From positions 42,182 through 106,181 of the forward strand of contig JAKSOL010000010.1 in the NCBI GenBank assembly GCA_024405635.1: a DNA stretch of 64,000 nt. Reading direction: 5' to 3'. Source of the stretch: Salinivirgaceae bacterium. GTDB lineage: Bacteria; Bacteroidota; Bacteroidia; Bacteroidales; SZUA-534. Positions 39,901 through 47,812 of the stretch are shown here, in pieces. Every line of letters begins with the position of its first letter. Positions within the stretch are counted from its first letter, which is position 1. The notes under the pieces are model-generated. The model did no database searches, was not told where the DNA came from, and saw only the letters and a program-made list of their open reading frames with translations. The position numbers and the translations under genes were made by a program.

Positions 39901-41304
39901 TACGTTGAACTAATTGCCGAAAGCCCATTTGGCTGTCTCGACACAATGGTCAATCCTATGATAACATTCCCAAATGTGATTGTAGATTTTGAGGTTGACT
40001 CTATTGGTTGTAGTCCGCTAAACATTCAGGTTACAAACAAATCAACACAAACAGCAACAATCCACCACTGGGAGTTTGGCGATGGCAGCACATCGGTTGC
40101 AGCCGAGCCAGCATACACATATTACAACACATCAAACAACGACGTTCAATACACAATAACATACATCGGCACCTCAAAATACCAATGTGTCGATACTGTT
40201 AAACACAACGTTATTGTTTACATTAACCCAACAGTCGATTTTGTTGCCGATGCACCATCTCAACGATATCCAGACGATACCGTAATCTTCCAAAACTACA
40301 CCCAAGACGGTCCTTGGACATATAAGTGGGATTTTGGAGACGGAAACACATCAACAACAGGCGAACGCGAATTCCTTTATAAATACGGCCGCTGGGCTCC
40401 AAACGATAGCAATAACATTTTCCACGTTACCTTAACCGTTGGAAGCGAGCATTGCAGCAATACCATTAGCCACGATGTTACAGTTTTGCCGCCTTATCCA
40501 AACATTGTTATCAGCAACGTAAAGCCAGCAGGATGCGTTCCTTTAACAGTCGATTTCCGCGTTGAAGAAGAATACACCACCTCATATTTGTGGGAATTTG
40601 AAGATGGAACCACATCAACCGAAATGCAACCAACACACGAATTTACAGAACCTGGCTTATACAATGTTAAACTTACAGCTTTTGGCGATGGCGGATCTCA
40701 TTACGACTACGAGATAATTACCGTTTACGAACTACCAGAACCAAAATTCACAGCAGCGCCAACATTTGTAATGCTTCCAGACCAACCAGTGCAGTTCTTT
40801 AACCAAACACTTAACGGCAACACATACATTTGGGACTTTGGCGATGGCACATATTCAACCGAGCAAAATCCAACACACCAATACAAAGAAGAAGGTATGT
40901 ATGACGTTAAACTTATAGCATTCTCAAACCAAATGTGTACCGATTCAATTATAGAAGAACAACACATTGAAGTAAGCGGCGAAGGTTACATACGCTACCC
41001 TAACGCATTCATTCCTTCTAGTTCAAGTCCAACCAATGGTTCGTATCCCGAGCCTGATGATATAAACAACGTATTCCACCCAATTTCGTTTGGCGTTAAA
41101 GAATACGAACTTTGGGTTTACAACCGTTGGGGCGAAGAACTATTCCACTCAACCGACATTACAATTGGTTGGAATGGTCGTTACTCAAATTCTGGCAAAG
41201 AGTTAGGTCAAGATGTTTATTTCTGGAAAGCAAAAGGTACATTCCAAAACAATACTCCTTTCAAAATTGCTGGTGATGTTACTCTAATTCGCAAAAAAGA
41301 ATAA
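33919..41304 (+). CDS. Large T9SS-secreted adhesin-like protein: IgGFc-binding-like N-terminus, ~19 PKD/Ig repeats, type B (gliding-motility-associated) CTD
   Basis: Signal peptide then TDVEFWFAVPE; repeated GCxPxxVxFxN...WxFGDG units; CTD with YPNAFIP, VYNRWGEELF, GWNGRY and GDVTLIR. Confidence 0.9.
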   Translation: MNTYKKLIAVFTIILSTLSANCQTDVEFWFAVPELTWRHVADQKTYLHIASLDAPADVVVEMPRNAYDAVSNPKGFNPILVTLPANGYNLIDLTSIITASQDDNILEVGLDKNAGTVENNGLHIKSTALITAYLERADNDNTDLWALKGRNAIGKNFIVPSQNTFYNKAFGTPAAWNSIDVVAVEDATVTFTVPKGSAVKVNGTVKNFTSAPGTVSQKLKAGQAFSLRSAAVGTTYSGFECDRHLGGTIIKSTGNIVVQWKDDSMKSDYTGSYDVAGDQIVPTDLAGFEYVVMRGQLGNGNKNSEYVYIMATEPNTTVTFTTEDGSHTVHNHQADIIKTSDSDRGVSYKVNYMKANSKTIDYTEDAPMVLSKVGEIKYVRLNELSLKSESAFSGDAANLKNYDALHIKADKKIIVFHISGFGSEMGGAILPTIDGCTGSSEVSFMRSSVHGFYLNIMCKGPFIDYFTIEIEGREYPIPGSWFKKIEGSGTNESSTWYYLNKSYNEFGKAQGGIPAIQVGKTVKVKNKVGLFHLGIINGNASGGCRYGYFSDFSDNQSRANIANSGSDYHDFCEGDTITLQASGGVEYKWKYIESGSSIFIDPDTESTPRVKPTPGFNHYEVTIRRACYTGNQNQDTTVDVYAFGIPQIVADFDISPSTVCSPRTVTFTNNTTGANTFYWTIDGQPISEESEIVLYPFINQGGTAAEYHIVSLKASLGNGCPNSKSKTVTVCPSSEAKVTADVAIGCQPLTVTFTDESTGNISRTIWNFGDGTGDKDYAPGTIAKHTYVNPSETDTIYYAKVVTTNTFNCSDTAIVPITVHGMVKAQFTIDKASGCAPFDVNFKNYSIGYGPKTVYTWNIGGDYTGTPSSTKNAEFTLTYNNETQVLKQYKDITLTATLTANNGDVCISTSQRDTITVYPHFTIDYEVSPISGCNPLEATFTNQSNIQDSKTQFKWYFGDGSSANNTGTFSHTYAHAEPTQQHFQTALAGESQYGCRDSVAKDIITVEAYLAPHFTIDNSEGCSPVTINLTNNTPAHAKSDNSTWTFTNTSGANYPYTLVSGSLSNTAKLRFENKTGTIQVITIRLTESIDGTRCSESYEQKITIYPEVSASFVASQPTVCDSTQIVFTNNSIFTGTTLKPSKYSWIFGNGATKDMTSASAVSQLYRNTSGSTGTTAQNYTVTLIASANGCADTATTQVAVYPPVKASFVAEDGKYNVCAPATIKLKNTSTGANQYLWEYNDGTPSNSTYNLANVNYPVPSTTTPNTVDVKIVTMTASNGSCTSTAKRTFNVSPEIKPSLTVSKSAGCGPLDVTLSSAGTTGNSLSYAWNFGDNSPILNQTTESVNHTFGNDSGNDKTYTAKLTVTNNLGCKATVQANVTVYPEIDAQFSIIKTTECSPMDVDLVNNSQNGNKYIWTFGDGQTETSTSARGTKHQYKNTSPSGNDISTYTIKLITIDANHTACRDSIKHDITVYPEVIAAFDATNTEGCSPLTSSFTNKSKGYGLSYVWQYDYDNTSSTTTDATHNHTFDNREATTRTYNVKLIATDFNKCTSTATKTVKAYPHVIAGFGYVKEGVCTPYEVSFNQPNNAINGTKFSWDFGDGSKEDKSTKATFKHTYDNTTANTVNTYNIKLLTTDTNTGCKDSTTQTIEVYPRLIPAFEADVTEGCNPVSVSFTNKTTGLATYAWTFGDGQSSTLTNPAHTFTNYNTTDETYTTTLTTTQSATGCQKTTSKDITAYSFVLAKFGINGADLEQVGSQAGELMGGCTPFKVVITDSSRINANTGSWSWNFGDGTTSNNRQPSILTYTNNDSVAPLENKRYDISLRVTNNHGCYHDTVQSLTVYPRSVPNFTGDFEGCMPHTVTFEDKSVIDDGTKYFWSFGDGSTAVTAPPFSKTYNNYSNTNDQVFTINLKTTTQYNCTDEISKTVTVHPKPQASFSPLIDRACPPFNAEFKNNSIGTNLTYHWDFDNGETIDTRSRSNQHSEYSNDTNEPITKYVELIAESPFGCLDTMVNPMITFPNVIVDFEVDSIGCSPLNIQVTNKSTQTATIHHWEFGDGSTSVAAEPAYTYYNTSNNDVQYTITYIGTSKYQCVDTVKHNVIVYINPTVDFVADAPSQRYPDDTVIFQNYTQDGPWTYKWDFGDGNTSTTGEREFLYKYGRWAPNDSNNIFHVTLTVGSEHCSNTISHDVTVLPPYPNIVISNVKPAGCVPLTVDFRVEEEYTTSYLWEFEDGTTSTEMQPTHEFTEPGLYNVKLTAFGDGGSHYDYEIITVYELPEPKFTAAPTFVMLPDQPVQFFNQTLNGNTYIWDFGDGTYSTEQNPTHQYKEEGMYDVKLIAFSNQMCTDSIIEEQHIEVSGEGYIRYPNAFIPSSSSPTNGSYPEPDDINNVFHPISFGVKEYELWVYNRWGEELFHSTDITIGWNGRYSNSGKELGQDVYFWKAKGTFQNNTPFKIAGDVTLIRKKE

Positions 41305-42281
41305 TGAAGAAAATACTCCACATATTATCAGTTGCATTGCTACTGCCAATCTTTGCTAAAGCACAAGATCCGCAGTTTACGCAGTTTTACTCAAACCCAT
41401 TATATCAAGCACCATCATTTGCAGGCGCCATTTCGGGTTATCGAGCATCACTTAACTACCGCGACCAATGGCCTAAAATGCCAGGAAAACTAAACACAAT
41501 GAACGTGGCTATTGACGCAAATATTGACAAAATAAATAGTGGACTTGGTCTTATTGCATTGCGCGACGTTGCTGGATCAGCAAGTTATTCTAACCTTTCA
41601 GTGGGTTTGCTTTATGCCTACAACATACGACTAAACCGACGTATTTATCTGCGTCCTGGCTTAGGATTCTACATGAATCAACGCAGCCTTGACTACGAGA
41701 AACTATTGTTTGCTAGCCAAATGTACGCCAACTCAACATCTCAACCAGTTTTGCCCGAAGACTTTTCAAACATTACTGCTTTTGATGGAAGTTGCTCGCT
41801 TTTGCTATTAGCCCGAAACTATTGGGTTGGTTTAAGCGCCGACCACCTAATGCAACCTAATGTCTCAGTAACAGGTTACGACTACAAGATGCCTATCAAG
41901 TACACAGTTTTTGCAGGTTTAAAACTTCACAAACTTGAACGACTTATAAGTACAAAACGACAAACAGTAACACTTGCAGCAAACTTCCGTCACCAAGGCG
42001 TTACCAACCAAATGGACGTTGGTTTATATTGGTACTACTCGCCCATTGTTCTTGGTGTTTGGTACCGCGACCTTCCTCTAATAAAGGACTACAGCCGACG
42101 AGATGCTCTTGCTTTTCTTATAGGCTACGAATACGAAAGCTTCAAAATTGGTTATAGTTACGACTTTACTTTGTCGCATCTAATCACCAACACAGGAGGC
42201 GCACATGAGGTTTCGCTATCATACAAATTTGAAATTGAACGTAAACGCAAGTTCAAATCAATCCCATGCCCTGAATTCTAG
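41304..42281 (+). CDS. PorP/SprF-family type IX secretion membrane protein
   Basis: AQDPQFTQFYSNPLYQAPSFAG, NYRDQW, IGYSYDFTLS and GGAHEVSLSY; TAATG stop/start overlap with the type B CTD gene. Confidence 0.92.
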   Translation: MKKILHILSVALLLPIFAKAQDPQFTQFYSNPLYQAPSFAGAISGYRASLNYRDQWPKMPGKLNTMNVAIDANIDKINSGLGLIALRDVAGSASYSNLSVGLLYAYNIRLNRRIYLRPGLGFYMNQRSLDYEKLLFASQMYANSTSQPVLPEDFSNITAFDGSCSLLLLARNYWVGLSADHLMQPNVSVTGYDYKMPIKYTVFAGLKLHKLERLISTKRQTVTLAANFRHQGVTNQMDVGLYWYYSPIVLGVWYRDLPLIKDYSRRDALAFLIGYEYESFKIGYSYDFTLSHLITNTGGAHEVSLSYKFEIERKRKFKSIPCPEF

Positions 42282-42295
42282 CATTATTTAATATT

Positions 42296-42754
42296 ATGAA
42301 CATAGGTGACAAACTACCAGAAATACTTGGTACCGATCAAAACGGCAAAACAATAAAAACTAGCGATTTTGCTGGTCGCAAACTAGTGCTATATGCTTAT
42401 CCAAAAGACAATACTAGCGGGTGCACCGCCGAGGCATGCTCGCTACGCGACCATAAAGAGCAACTACAGCAATTAGGATTTGAAATTCTTGGCATAAGTA
42501 AAGATAGTGCTGACTCTCACAAAAAATTCATTGAGAAACAAGAACTCAACTTCAACCTTATTGCCGACACCAACACCACTTTACTTCAACAACTTGGCGC
42601 ATGGGGCGAAAAAAACATGTGTGGCAAAACAACTATCGGTACTTTACGCACCACTTTTTTAGTTGACGAACAAGGTACCATCACTCACATTTTCGGTCCC
42701 AAACAAATCAAAACCAAAGAACACGCACAGCAAATTCTAGATGTAATTAAGTAG
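42296..42754 (+). CDS. bcp: Peroxiredoxin BCP/PrxQ
   Basis: YPKDNTSGCTAEAC (PxxxTxxC plus resolving Cys) and RTTFLVDE. Confidence 0.93.
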   Translation: MNIGDKLPEILGTDQNGKTIKTSDFAGRKLVLYAYPKDNTSGCTAEACSLRDHKEQLQQLGFEILGISKDSADSHKKFIEKQELNFNLIADTNTTLLQQLGAWGEKNMCGKTTIGTLRTTFLVDEQGTITHIFGPKQIKTKEHAQQILDVIK

Positions 42755-42820
42755 ATTAAACTACAAATAAAGGCGACAAATAGTAGATTAAGTAACGCTA
42801 TTCTACTCTCCCTTTCCCTC

Positions 42821-42863
42821 AAAAAAAACGCCCCTTACCAGAGTTCCTGATAAGGGGCGTTTT
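42821..42863. terminator. Bidirectional intrinsic terminator between convergent genes
   Basis: AAAACGCCCCTTA...TAAGGGGCGTTTT with A8 on the left and T4 on the right. Confidence 0.85.
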
Positions 42864-42885
42864 AGGTGATATTCTCAACGGAAGA

Positions 42886-45522
42886 TTAACTCAAAAAACC
42901 AAGTTTCACAACCTTAATTAGGTTATCTCTATCATCAATTATAGGTTTATACACTTCTGAAACCTCAATTGACTTGCCGTTCACCGACAATTTCATGCTT
43001 AACTTAGCATCTTGTCCTTGTTTAAGTGCTGACATTATTTCAGCCAATTCACTTTTTTCTCTTCCACAAACATTAAACTCGTCAACCAACGTAGTACCAA
43101 TAATACGATTAGCCGAACCTTCGCCCAACAATCGTTCCATAAATGGACTTATTGAAAGAATTACGCCTTCACTATCATATTCAACAACAATAGCATATTG
43201 CTTAATAATATCCATCATTGCCTTATTTTCTTCAATAGTTTTTTGAGCCTTTTCTTTATAATTCATTGCATCGGTAACATCTATCGACATACCAAAAGTA
43301 CCAATCACATTACCATCAACATCACGCAAAGGATACTTAGAAGTTGAAGTATATTCAACCGAACCATCATATCGAACTTCTCGTTGAACTTGACGAAGTA
43401 TTGGCATTCCTGTACGCATAATCGATTCCTCATCTGCAACATACTTGTCGGCCTCTTCAACAGGAACAAAATCGCGATCCGATTTGCCAATCAATTGATC
43501 TATCGAAGTCATATTAAACGTTTCAATCATTGAACGTGAAGCTCTAATAAAGCGACTGTCTTTATCTTTAAAGTAAATCGATTCTGAAATATTATCAAGC
43601 AACGCATTAAGCAAAGCTGTTTCTTTATTCATCTCCTCTCGAATACGAAGATTTTCTTCCATTTGGCGTTGATTCTCCTCTTGAGTTGCCTGCATTTCCT
43701 CCATATTCTGACGCATTTCCTCTTCTTGTGCCTTCAACTCTTCATTTTGGAGTTTACTATCATTAACAAGTTTTTGAGTACGTTCTGCAGTTCTAACGTT
43801 TGCAACTGTTGATGCAATACTTTCACCTAACTTCTCAACAAATTCAATTTCATAAGGTTTCATCTCACTAAATGAAGCCAACTCTATTACTCCGTAAATG
43901 TCCTCATTCAACATACAAGGAACAATAAGCACGCAACTAGGATTTGCTGTACCTAAACCCGATGTAATTTTTACATAATCATCAGGTATTTCGGTTAAGT
44001 ATATGGTTTTCTTTTCGTAAATGCATCGACCTATCAAACCTTCACCAGAGTATATTTCCTTTTTCATAAACTTATCGCGGCCATATGCTATTGCCGTAAC
44101 AAGTTCAAAATAAATATCATTGCCATCATTGTCGTTTTGAACAAACAATGCACCTTGGTTCACATTCAAATACTCAACCAAGCTCGACATTACGTTATAA
44201 CCCAACGATTTTAGGCTATCTGATTCTTGACGCAAAATTTCACCAAATTTTGCTATACCTTCTGTTGCCCAGTTTCGTAATTCTTCTTCTTGTTTGTGAG
44301 CTTTTTCATTTTCGGCATTTTCAAGCAAATTATCACGCATTTTCATCAACGCCATACCCAAACCATCATTTTCGCTCAACTTAGTGTACTTAACACTAAA
44401 ATCGCCTTCGCCAATGTGGGCGGCAAAGTCTGCACTCTTTTTAATTCCATCAACCACCATATTCAACGAATCGCCCATATCTTGCAACTCGTTACCTGTG
44501 TTAATCTGAATTTCGTGAATATTTTCTGTATCACCTTTTGCTAGTGTCATTAACGCCTCTGTTGTTTGTTTAATTGGTTTTGCAATTGTTCCAAACAAAT
44601 ATGCAATGAGCATAATGAACAATACAGAAGCCAATAAACCAACAATTGCTGCTATTACGCAAAATTTATTAACCGATTTAAAATATGCAGCTTGGTTAAC
44701 CCCATATATCAAAGTCCACGCTTGCAAGTTATTAGCCAATTTTATAGGCATAAACTCTACCAAAACTCTAACGCTATCATATTTATCACTAAACATATAT
44801 GAGCCTTCGCTATGAGCTTTTGTTGTATACTCTGCTATTTGTTCTTCATTAATATCAAGACTTAAATCACCGAGGTTAACTAGTAATTTTCCATTTGAAT
44901 TAACAACTGTTCCTGAGGCTTCTAACGCAGAATTAAATACTTCATCAAAAACCGAAGTTTCAACTGACTGACCTACAAAACCTTGAATTTCAAAGTCGTG
45001 ATAAATTGGAGTAGAAATGTTCACCAACGTTTTACCTTCAAATTCATAAGGGTCTGATATCATTGGAGTTGAAGAGGTTACTACCGAATTAAAACGTTGT
45101 TCAAAGTTATGTACAGAGGTTTTTACAATAGGATTTCCTTCTTTATCAGACGAAACCAACACCCAATTGTTTTCCATCAAAGATGAATCGCCATAAAATG
45201 TTGAGTTCCAAATAACCCATGCATCAGTTACCTTTTTTGCACCACAAACTATACGATTATACACCGATCGAGAAGCACTATCAAGCTGTTGTTCGTTACC
45301 CGAAAGGGTTTCAGCTAATACCATTGTTCCAGACAACAGATTATCGGCCATCGACCCAACTTTTGATGCCAATAAATTGGCACTTTCTCTTGTTATTTTC
45401 TCCGAGTTCCTTTTGGTTGTAACTCCAAGCGAAATGGTTATTGCCAAAATTGCAACAATCTCAAAACCAAGAATAACGGCGGAAATAATCCAACCTTTGC
45501 GAGTTATAGAGCGTTTACTCAT
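42886..45522 (-). CDS. Membrane sensor: TM-Cache-like-TM-HAMP-GAF-coiled coil-PAS-PAS, no recognisable output domain
   Basis: Two TM helices flanking ISDPYEF (Cache-like); IAKPIKQ...NELQDM (HAMP); GEGLIGRC...GVIELASF (GAF); QEEEMRQNMEEMQATQEE coil; SIYFKDKDSRFI...GTFGMSIDVT (PAS). Confidence 0.85.
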   Translation of the reverse strand: MSKRSITRKGWIISAVILGFEIVAILAITISLGVTTKRNSEKITRESANLLASKVGSMADNLLSGTMVLAETLSGNEQQLDSASRSVYNRIVCGAKKVTDAWVIWNSTFYGDSSLMENNWVLVSSDKEGNPIVKTSVHNFEQRFNSVVTSSTPMISDPYEFEGKTLVNISTPIYHDFEIQGFVGQSVETSVFDEVFNSALEASGTVVNSNGKLLVNLGDLSLDINEEQIAEYTTKAHSEGSYMFSDKYDSVRVLVEFMPIKLANNLQAWTLIYGVNQAAYFKSVNKFCVIAAIVGLLASVLFIMLIAYLFGTIAKPIKQTTEALMTLAKGDTENIHEIQINTGNELQDMGDSLNMVVDGIKKSADFAAHIGEGDFSVKYTKLSENDGLGMALMKMRDNLLENAENEKAHKQEEELRNWATEGIAKFGEILRQESDSLKSLGYNVMSSLVEYLNVNQGALFVQNDNDGNDIYFELVTAIAYGRDKFMKKEIYSGEGLIGRCIYEKKTIYLTEIPDDYVKITSGLGTANPSCVLIVPCMLNEDIYGVIELASFSEMKPYEIEFVEKLGESIASTVANVRTAERTQKLVNDSKLQNEELKAQEEEMRQNMEEMQATQEENQRQMEENLRIREEMNKETALLNALLDNISESIYFKDKDSRFIRASRSMIETFNMTSIDQLIGKSDRDFVPVEEADKYVADEESIMRTGMPILRQVQREVRYDGSVEYTSTSKYPLRDVDGNVIGTFGMSIDVTDAMNYKEKAQKTIEENKAMMDIIKQYAIVVEYDSEGVILSISPFMERLLGEGSANRIIGTTLVDEFNVCGREKSELAEIMSALKQGQDAKLSMKLSVNGKSIEVSEVYKPIIDDRDNLIKVVKLGFLS

Positions 45523-45657
45523 AGTTTAAGGTATTCTTTTTACATATTTAGGCGAAAGATAACAACCTAACACCAAAAAAAAAATCTTTTTACTGCAAAA
45601 AAGTCAATAGATTATTGTTGCATAACAATTTGTCGGCTACTATAATTTAAGTTTTTC

Positions 45658-46107
45658 TCAAAAACCTAAAACTGGCGTTTTCATCTCCTCAATATGCACC
45701 GACACGCAGTCTGACAGATCCGATTCAGTATCAAATTGTGGCACTATAATTTGCAATTCAGCATCAATATCATTCTTGCAACTAAACTGCATTGTTGAGC
45801 AATACTCGCACGATGCATTATCATATACAATCTTTCCTGTAGTTCTATTTATTACCAATAACTGAACCACTCCATTATAAAGAGGTCCTGAACATGTGGT
45901 AATTCTATAATCATTACCCGATTCAAATTGCATAGAAACGCATTGGCCCTCGCCTGGACTCAACAAAAAACCACTCGATGCTGCGTTTTCTTTGTATATA
46001 AATTTTGTGAACTCTGTTGCACAATTATTAACAAAGAATGCATCGCAATTTTGTGCCGATATTGTATTAGTGCAAAATAGCGTTAGCAGCAAACTCAACC
46101 AACGCAT
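45658..46107 (-). CDS. Secreted Cys-containing hypothetical protein (paralogue of 46119-46655)
   Basis: Signal peptide; SGNDYRITTC, IVYDN and terminal CVSVHIEEMKTPVLGF. Confidence 0.75.
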   Translation of the reverse strand: MRWLSLLLTLFCTNTISAQNCDAFFVNNCATEFTKFIYKENAASSGFLLSPGEGQCVSMQFESGNDYRITTCSGPLYNGVVQLLVINRTTGKIVYDNASCEYCSTMQFSCKNDIDAELQIIVPQFDTESDLSDCVSVHIEEMKTPVLGF

Positions 46108-46118
46108 ATATAATGAAA

Positions 46119-46655
46119 TTAAAAACCTTTTGATGGGGTAATCATGTGCTCAACAAGCACACCAACGCACCCTATTTCTGTATCCTTACGAACAAAAATC
46201 AAATCATCATCAGGATTGTCTGCATTTTTTTCTGCAAAGTTGCTGGTTCCTTTAACCTCTACCTCAACCCACAAATCGCGAGTTTGAGTTACTGTAAATT
46301 CAAAATCAGTTGCGCCACCGTCTTCTTCGCTATTATACAAAACGTTATCGGTTTCTCTGTCAATAAGTTTAAAATAAACTTCAGAACCCAATTCGCTATC
46401 GTGACAAATAGAAACTCGATAATCGCGACCATTATATATTGATAGTGCCACACGCGACTTTTGTCCTTTAACAAACAAAGCGCTACGCGAAGCCTCTTCG
46501 TTTATACGATAATAAATATTTGAGCTTGTTTTACAGCTATCACGTTGATAATTAAAACATTTACGGATTGTATAGTCGTTTGTTTGACCATTTGCATTGG
46601 TTGCAAACAAAGTTACTACAACGACAACCAAAGCTGCCAGTATTTTGCTCTTCAT
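46119..46655 (-). CDS. Secreted Cys-containing hypothetical protein (paralogue of 45658-46107)
   Basis: Signal peptide; NGRDYRVSIC, VLYNS and terminal CVGVLMEH-type segment CVGVLVEHMITPSKGF. Confidence 0.8.
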   Translation of the reverse strand: MKSKILAALVVVVVTLFATNANGQTNDYTIRKCFNYQRDSCKTSSNIYYRINEEASRSALFVKGQKSRVALSIYNGRDYRVSICHDSELGSEVYFKLIDRETDNVLYNSEEDGGATDFEFTVTQTRDLWVEVEVKGTSNFAEKNADNPDDDLIFVRKDTEIGCVGVLVEHMITPSKGF

Positions 46656-46660
46656 AATAG

Positions 46661-47110
46661 CTAATTAATAAATACTATTTTTATTGACTTCGACGACGGT
46701 TCACATACTCTTCCATCGCGAGTGCGCAAAAGTATATTTTTAAGATATACAAACTTATAATTAGGGGTTTTATTTATCACCACATTTCTAACATCATCAC
46801 TTACTATCGCCCCAACATTTTCAACCTCAACGTTCTGTCCTAAACTGATTGCCGAAATAGTAAATTTTTCAACAGTCATTCCCTGAACATTCACCATTAT
46901 GGTATCGCAATTAGCAAACAATTTACGGTCAATTTGAACTCGATCAGAATCAAGCACTTTACCCGACACAATTAATAACGTATCAGTTTGCGTATCATAC
47001 GTCGGTGCTAACGACATACGATTCCTACTAAACGATTGTTGGGCACACGTCATCGACATGCACCCAACCATCATTATTATTGTCAAAAATATTTTTCTAA
47101 CGAACGACAT
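46661..47110 (-). CDS. Secreted hypothetical protein resembling the GldM/PorM C-terminal domain
   Basis: Signal peptide; pattern MTVEKFTIS...NVGAIVSDDVRNVV...FVYLKNILLRTRDGRV. The resemblance is by eye only. Confidence 0.55.
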   Translation of the reverse strand: MSFVRKIFLTIIMMVGCMSMTCAQQSFSRNRMSLAPTYDTQTDTLLIVSGKVLDSDRVQIDRKLFANCDTIMVNVQGMTVEKFTISAISLGQNVEVENVGAIVSDDVRNVVINKTPNYKFVYLKNILLRTRDGRVCEPSSKSIKIVFIN

Positions 47111-47787
47111 TAACCTATTTCGCTCAAACGTTCAAGTAGTTCATTGCTAATTATCTTAAGATGTTTACCCTCAACTTGAATTATTTTATCATCATGAAAT
47201 TCCTTAAGAATTCTAATTGCGCTCTCGGTTGAAGTACCACAAAAATCGGCCATATCGCGACGTGTAACTTGTAGTGTAAAATTGTCGGAACGGTAGATGC
47301 GACGAGCCAAATAAATAACTGCATCAGCCAAACGTCCATGCAGTTGTTTTTGTGTCAAGCTCAATGTTCTTTCCATAATTTCCTCTTGCTCAGCATTCAG
47401 GCACGAAATAATGTGTTCTGCAAAATCGGCATTAGCACGAATTATTTCTTTCACAATATCAACATTAAATGCATACAACACAGACTCGCAAACAGAAGCA
47501 ACTGTATATTGTTGAATATTAGAGTTATACATTGACGACAAGCCAACCATTTCGCCTTTTTGCGAGAACTTTACAATCAAGTTTTGGCCATGATATTCTT
47601 TGTATATTTTTTGAACACCCTTTGCTACAAAGAAAATAGTATTTGCAAAACTACCTTGTTTGCAAATGGTTTCTCCTTTATTGTAAGTAATACAAACTGT
47701 ATTGCTTGATAGTTTTTTCCACTGCTCTTCAGTTAGCGAATCAAACCAATTTGAAAATTTTGAAAATTGATGTCTATCCATTGCCAT
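47110..47787 (-). CDS. Crp/Fnr-family transcriptional regulator
   Basis: cNMP-binding fold (YNKGETICKQG, GEMVG) and HTH TRRDMADFCGTSTESAIRILKEF. Confidence 0.93.
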   Translation of the reverse strand: MAMDRHQFSKFSNWFDSLTEEQWKKLSSNTVCITYNKGETICKQGSFANTIFFVAKGVQKIYKEYHGQNLIVKFSQKGEMVGLSSMYNSNIQQYTVASVCESVLYAFNVDIVKEIIRANADFAEHIISCLNAEQEEIMERTLSLTQKQLHGRLADAVIYLARRIYRSDNFTLQVTRRDMADFCGTSTESAIRILKEFHDDKIIQVEGKHLKIISNELLERLSEIG

Positions 47788-47798
47788 AAACCCATTAA

Positions 47799-47812
47799 TT
47801 GATATGTATCAT
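47799..47812. promoter_or_regulatory. FNR-like box TTGAT-ATGT-ATCAT
   Basis: 9/10 match to TTGAT-N4-ATCAA just upstream of the Crp/Fnr start; a second 9/10 match lies at 47767-47780. Confidence 0.55.

Noticed and set aside
9741-40967. Many 60-170 aa ORFs antisense or off-frame within long genes (e.g. 9741-10163, 11883-12389, 16524-17000, 28204-28677, 32084-32587, 35413-35859)
   Set aside because: They are fully nested in well-supported CDSs and carry no recognisable motifs.
35860-40980. PKD repeat region as a DNA tandem repeat or recombination cassette
   Set aside because: The repeats are evident only at protein level and are highly diverged in DNA; I saw no long identical blocks.
42886-45522. 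Calling the sensor a methyl-accepting chemotaxis protein or histidine kinase
   Set aside because: It has no MCP signalling hairpin motif and no H-box or HATPase motifs.
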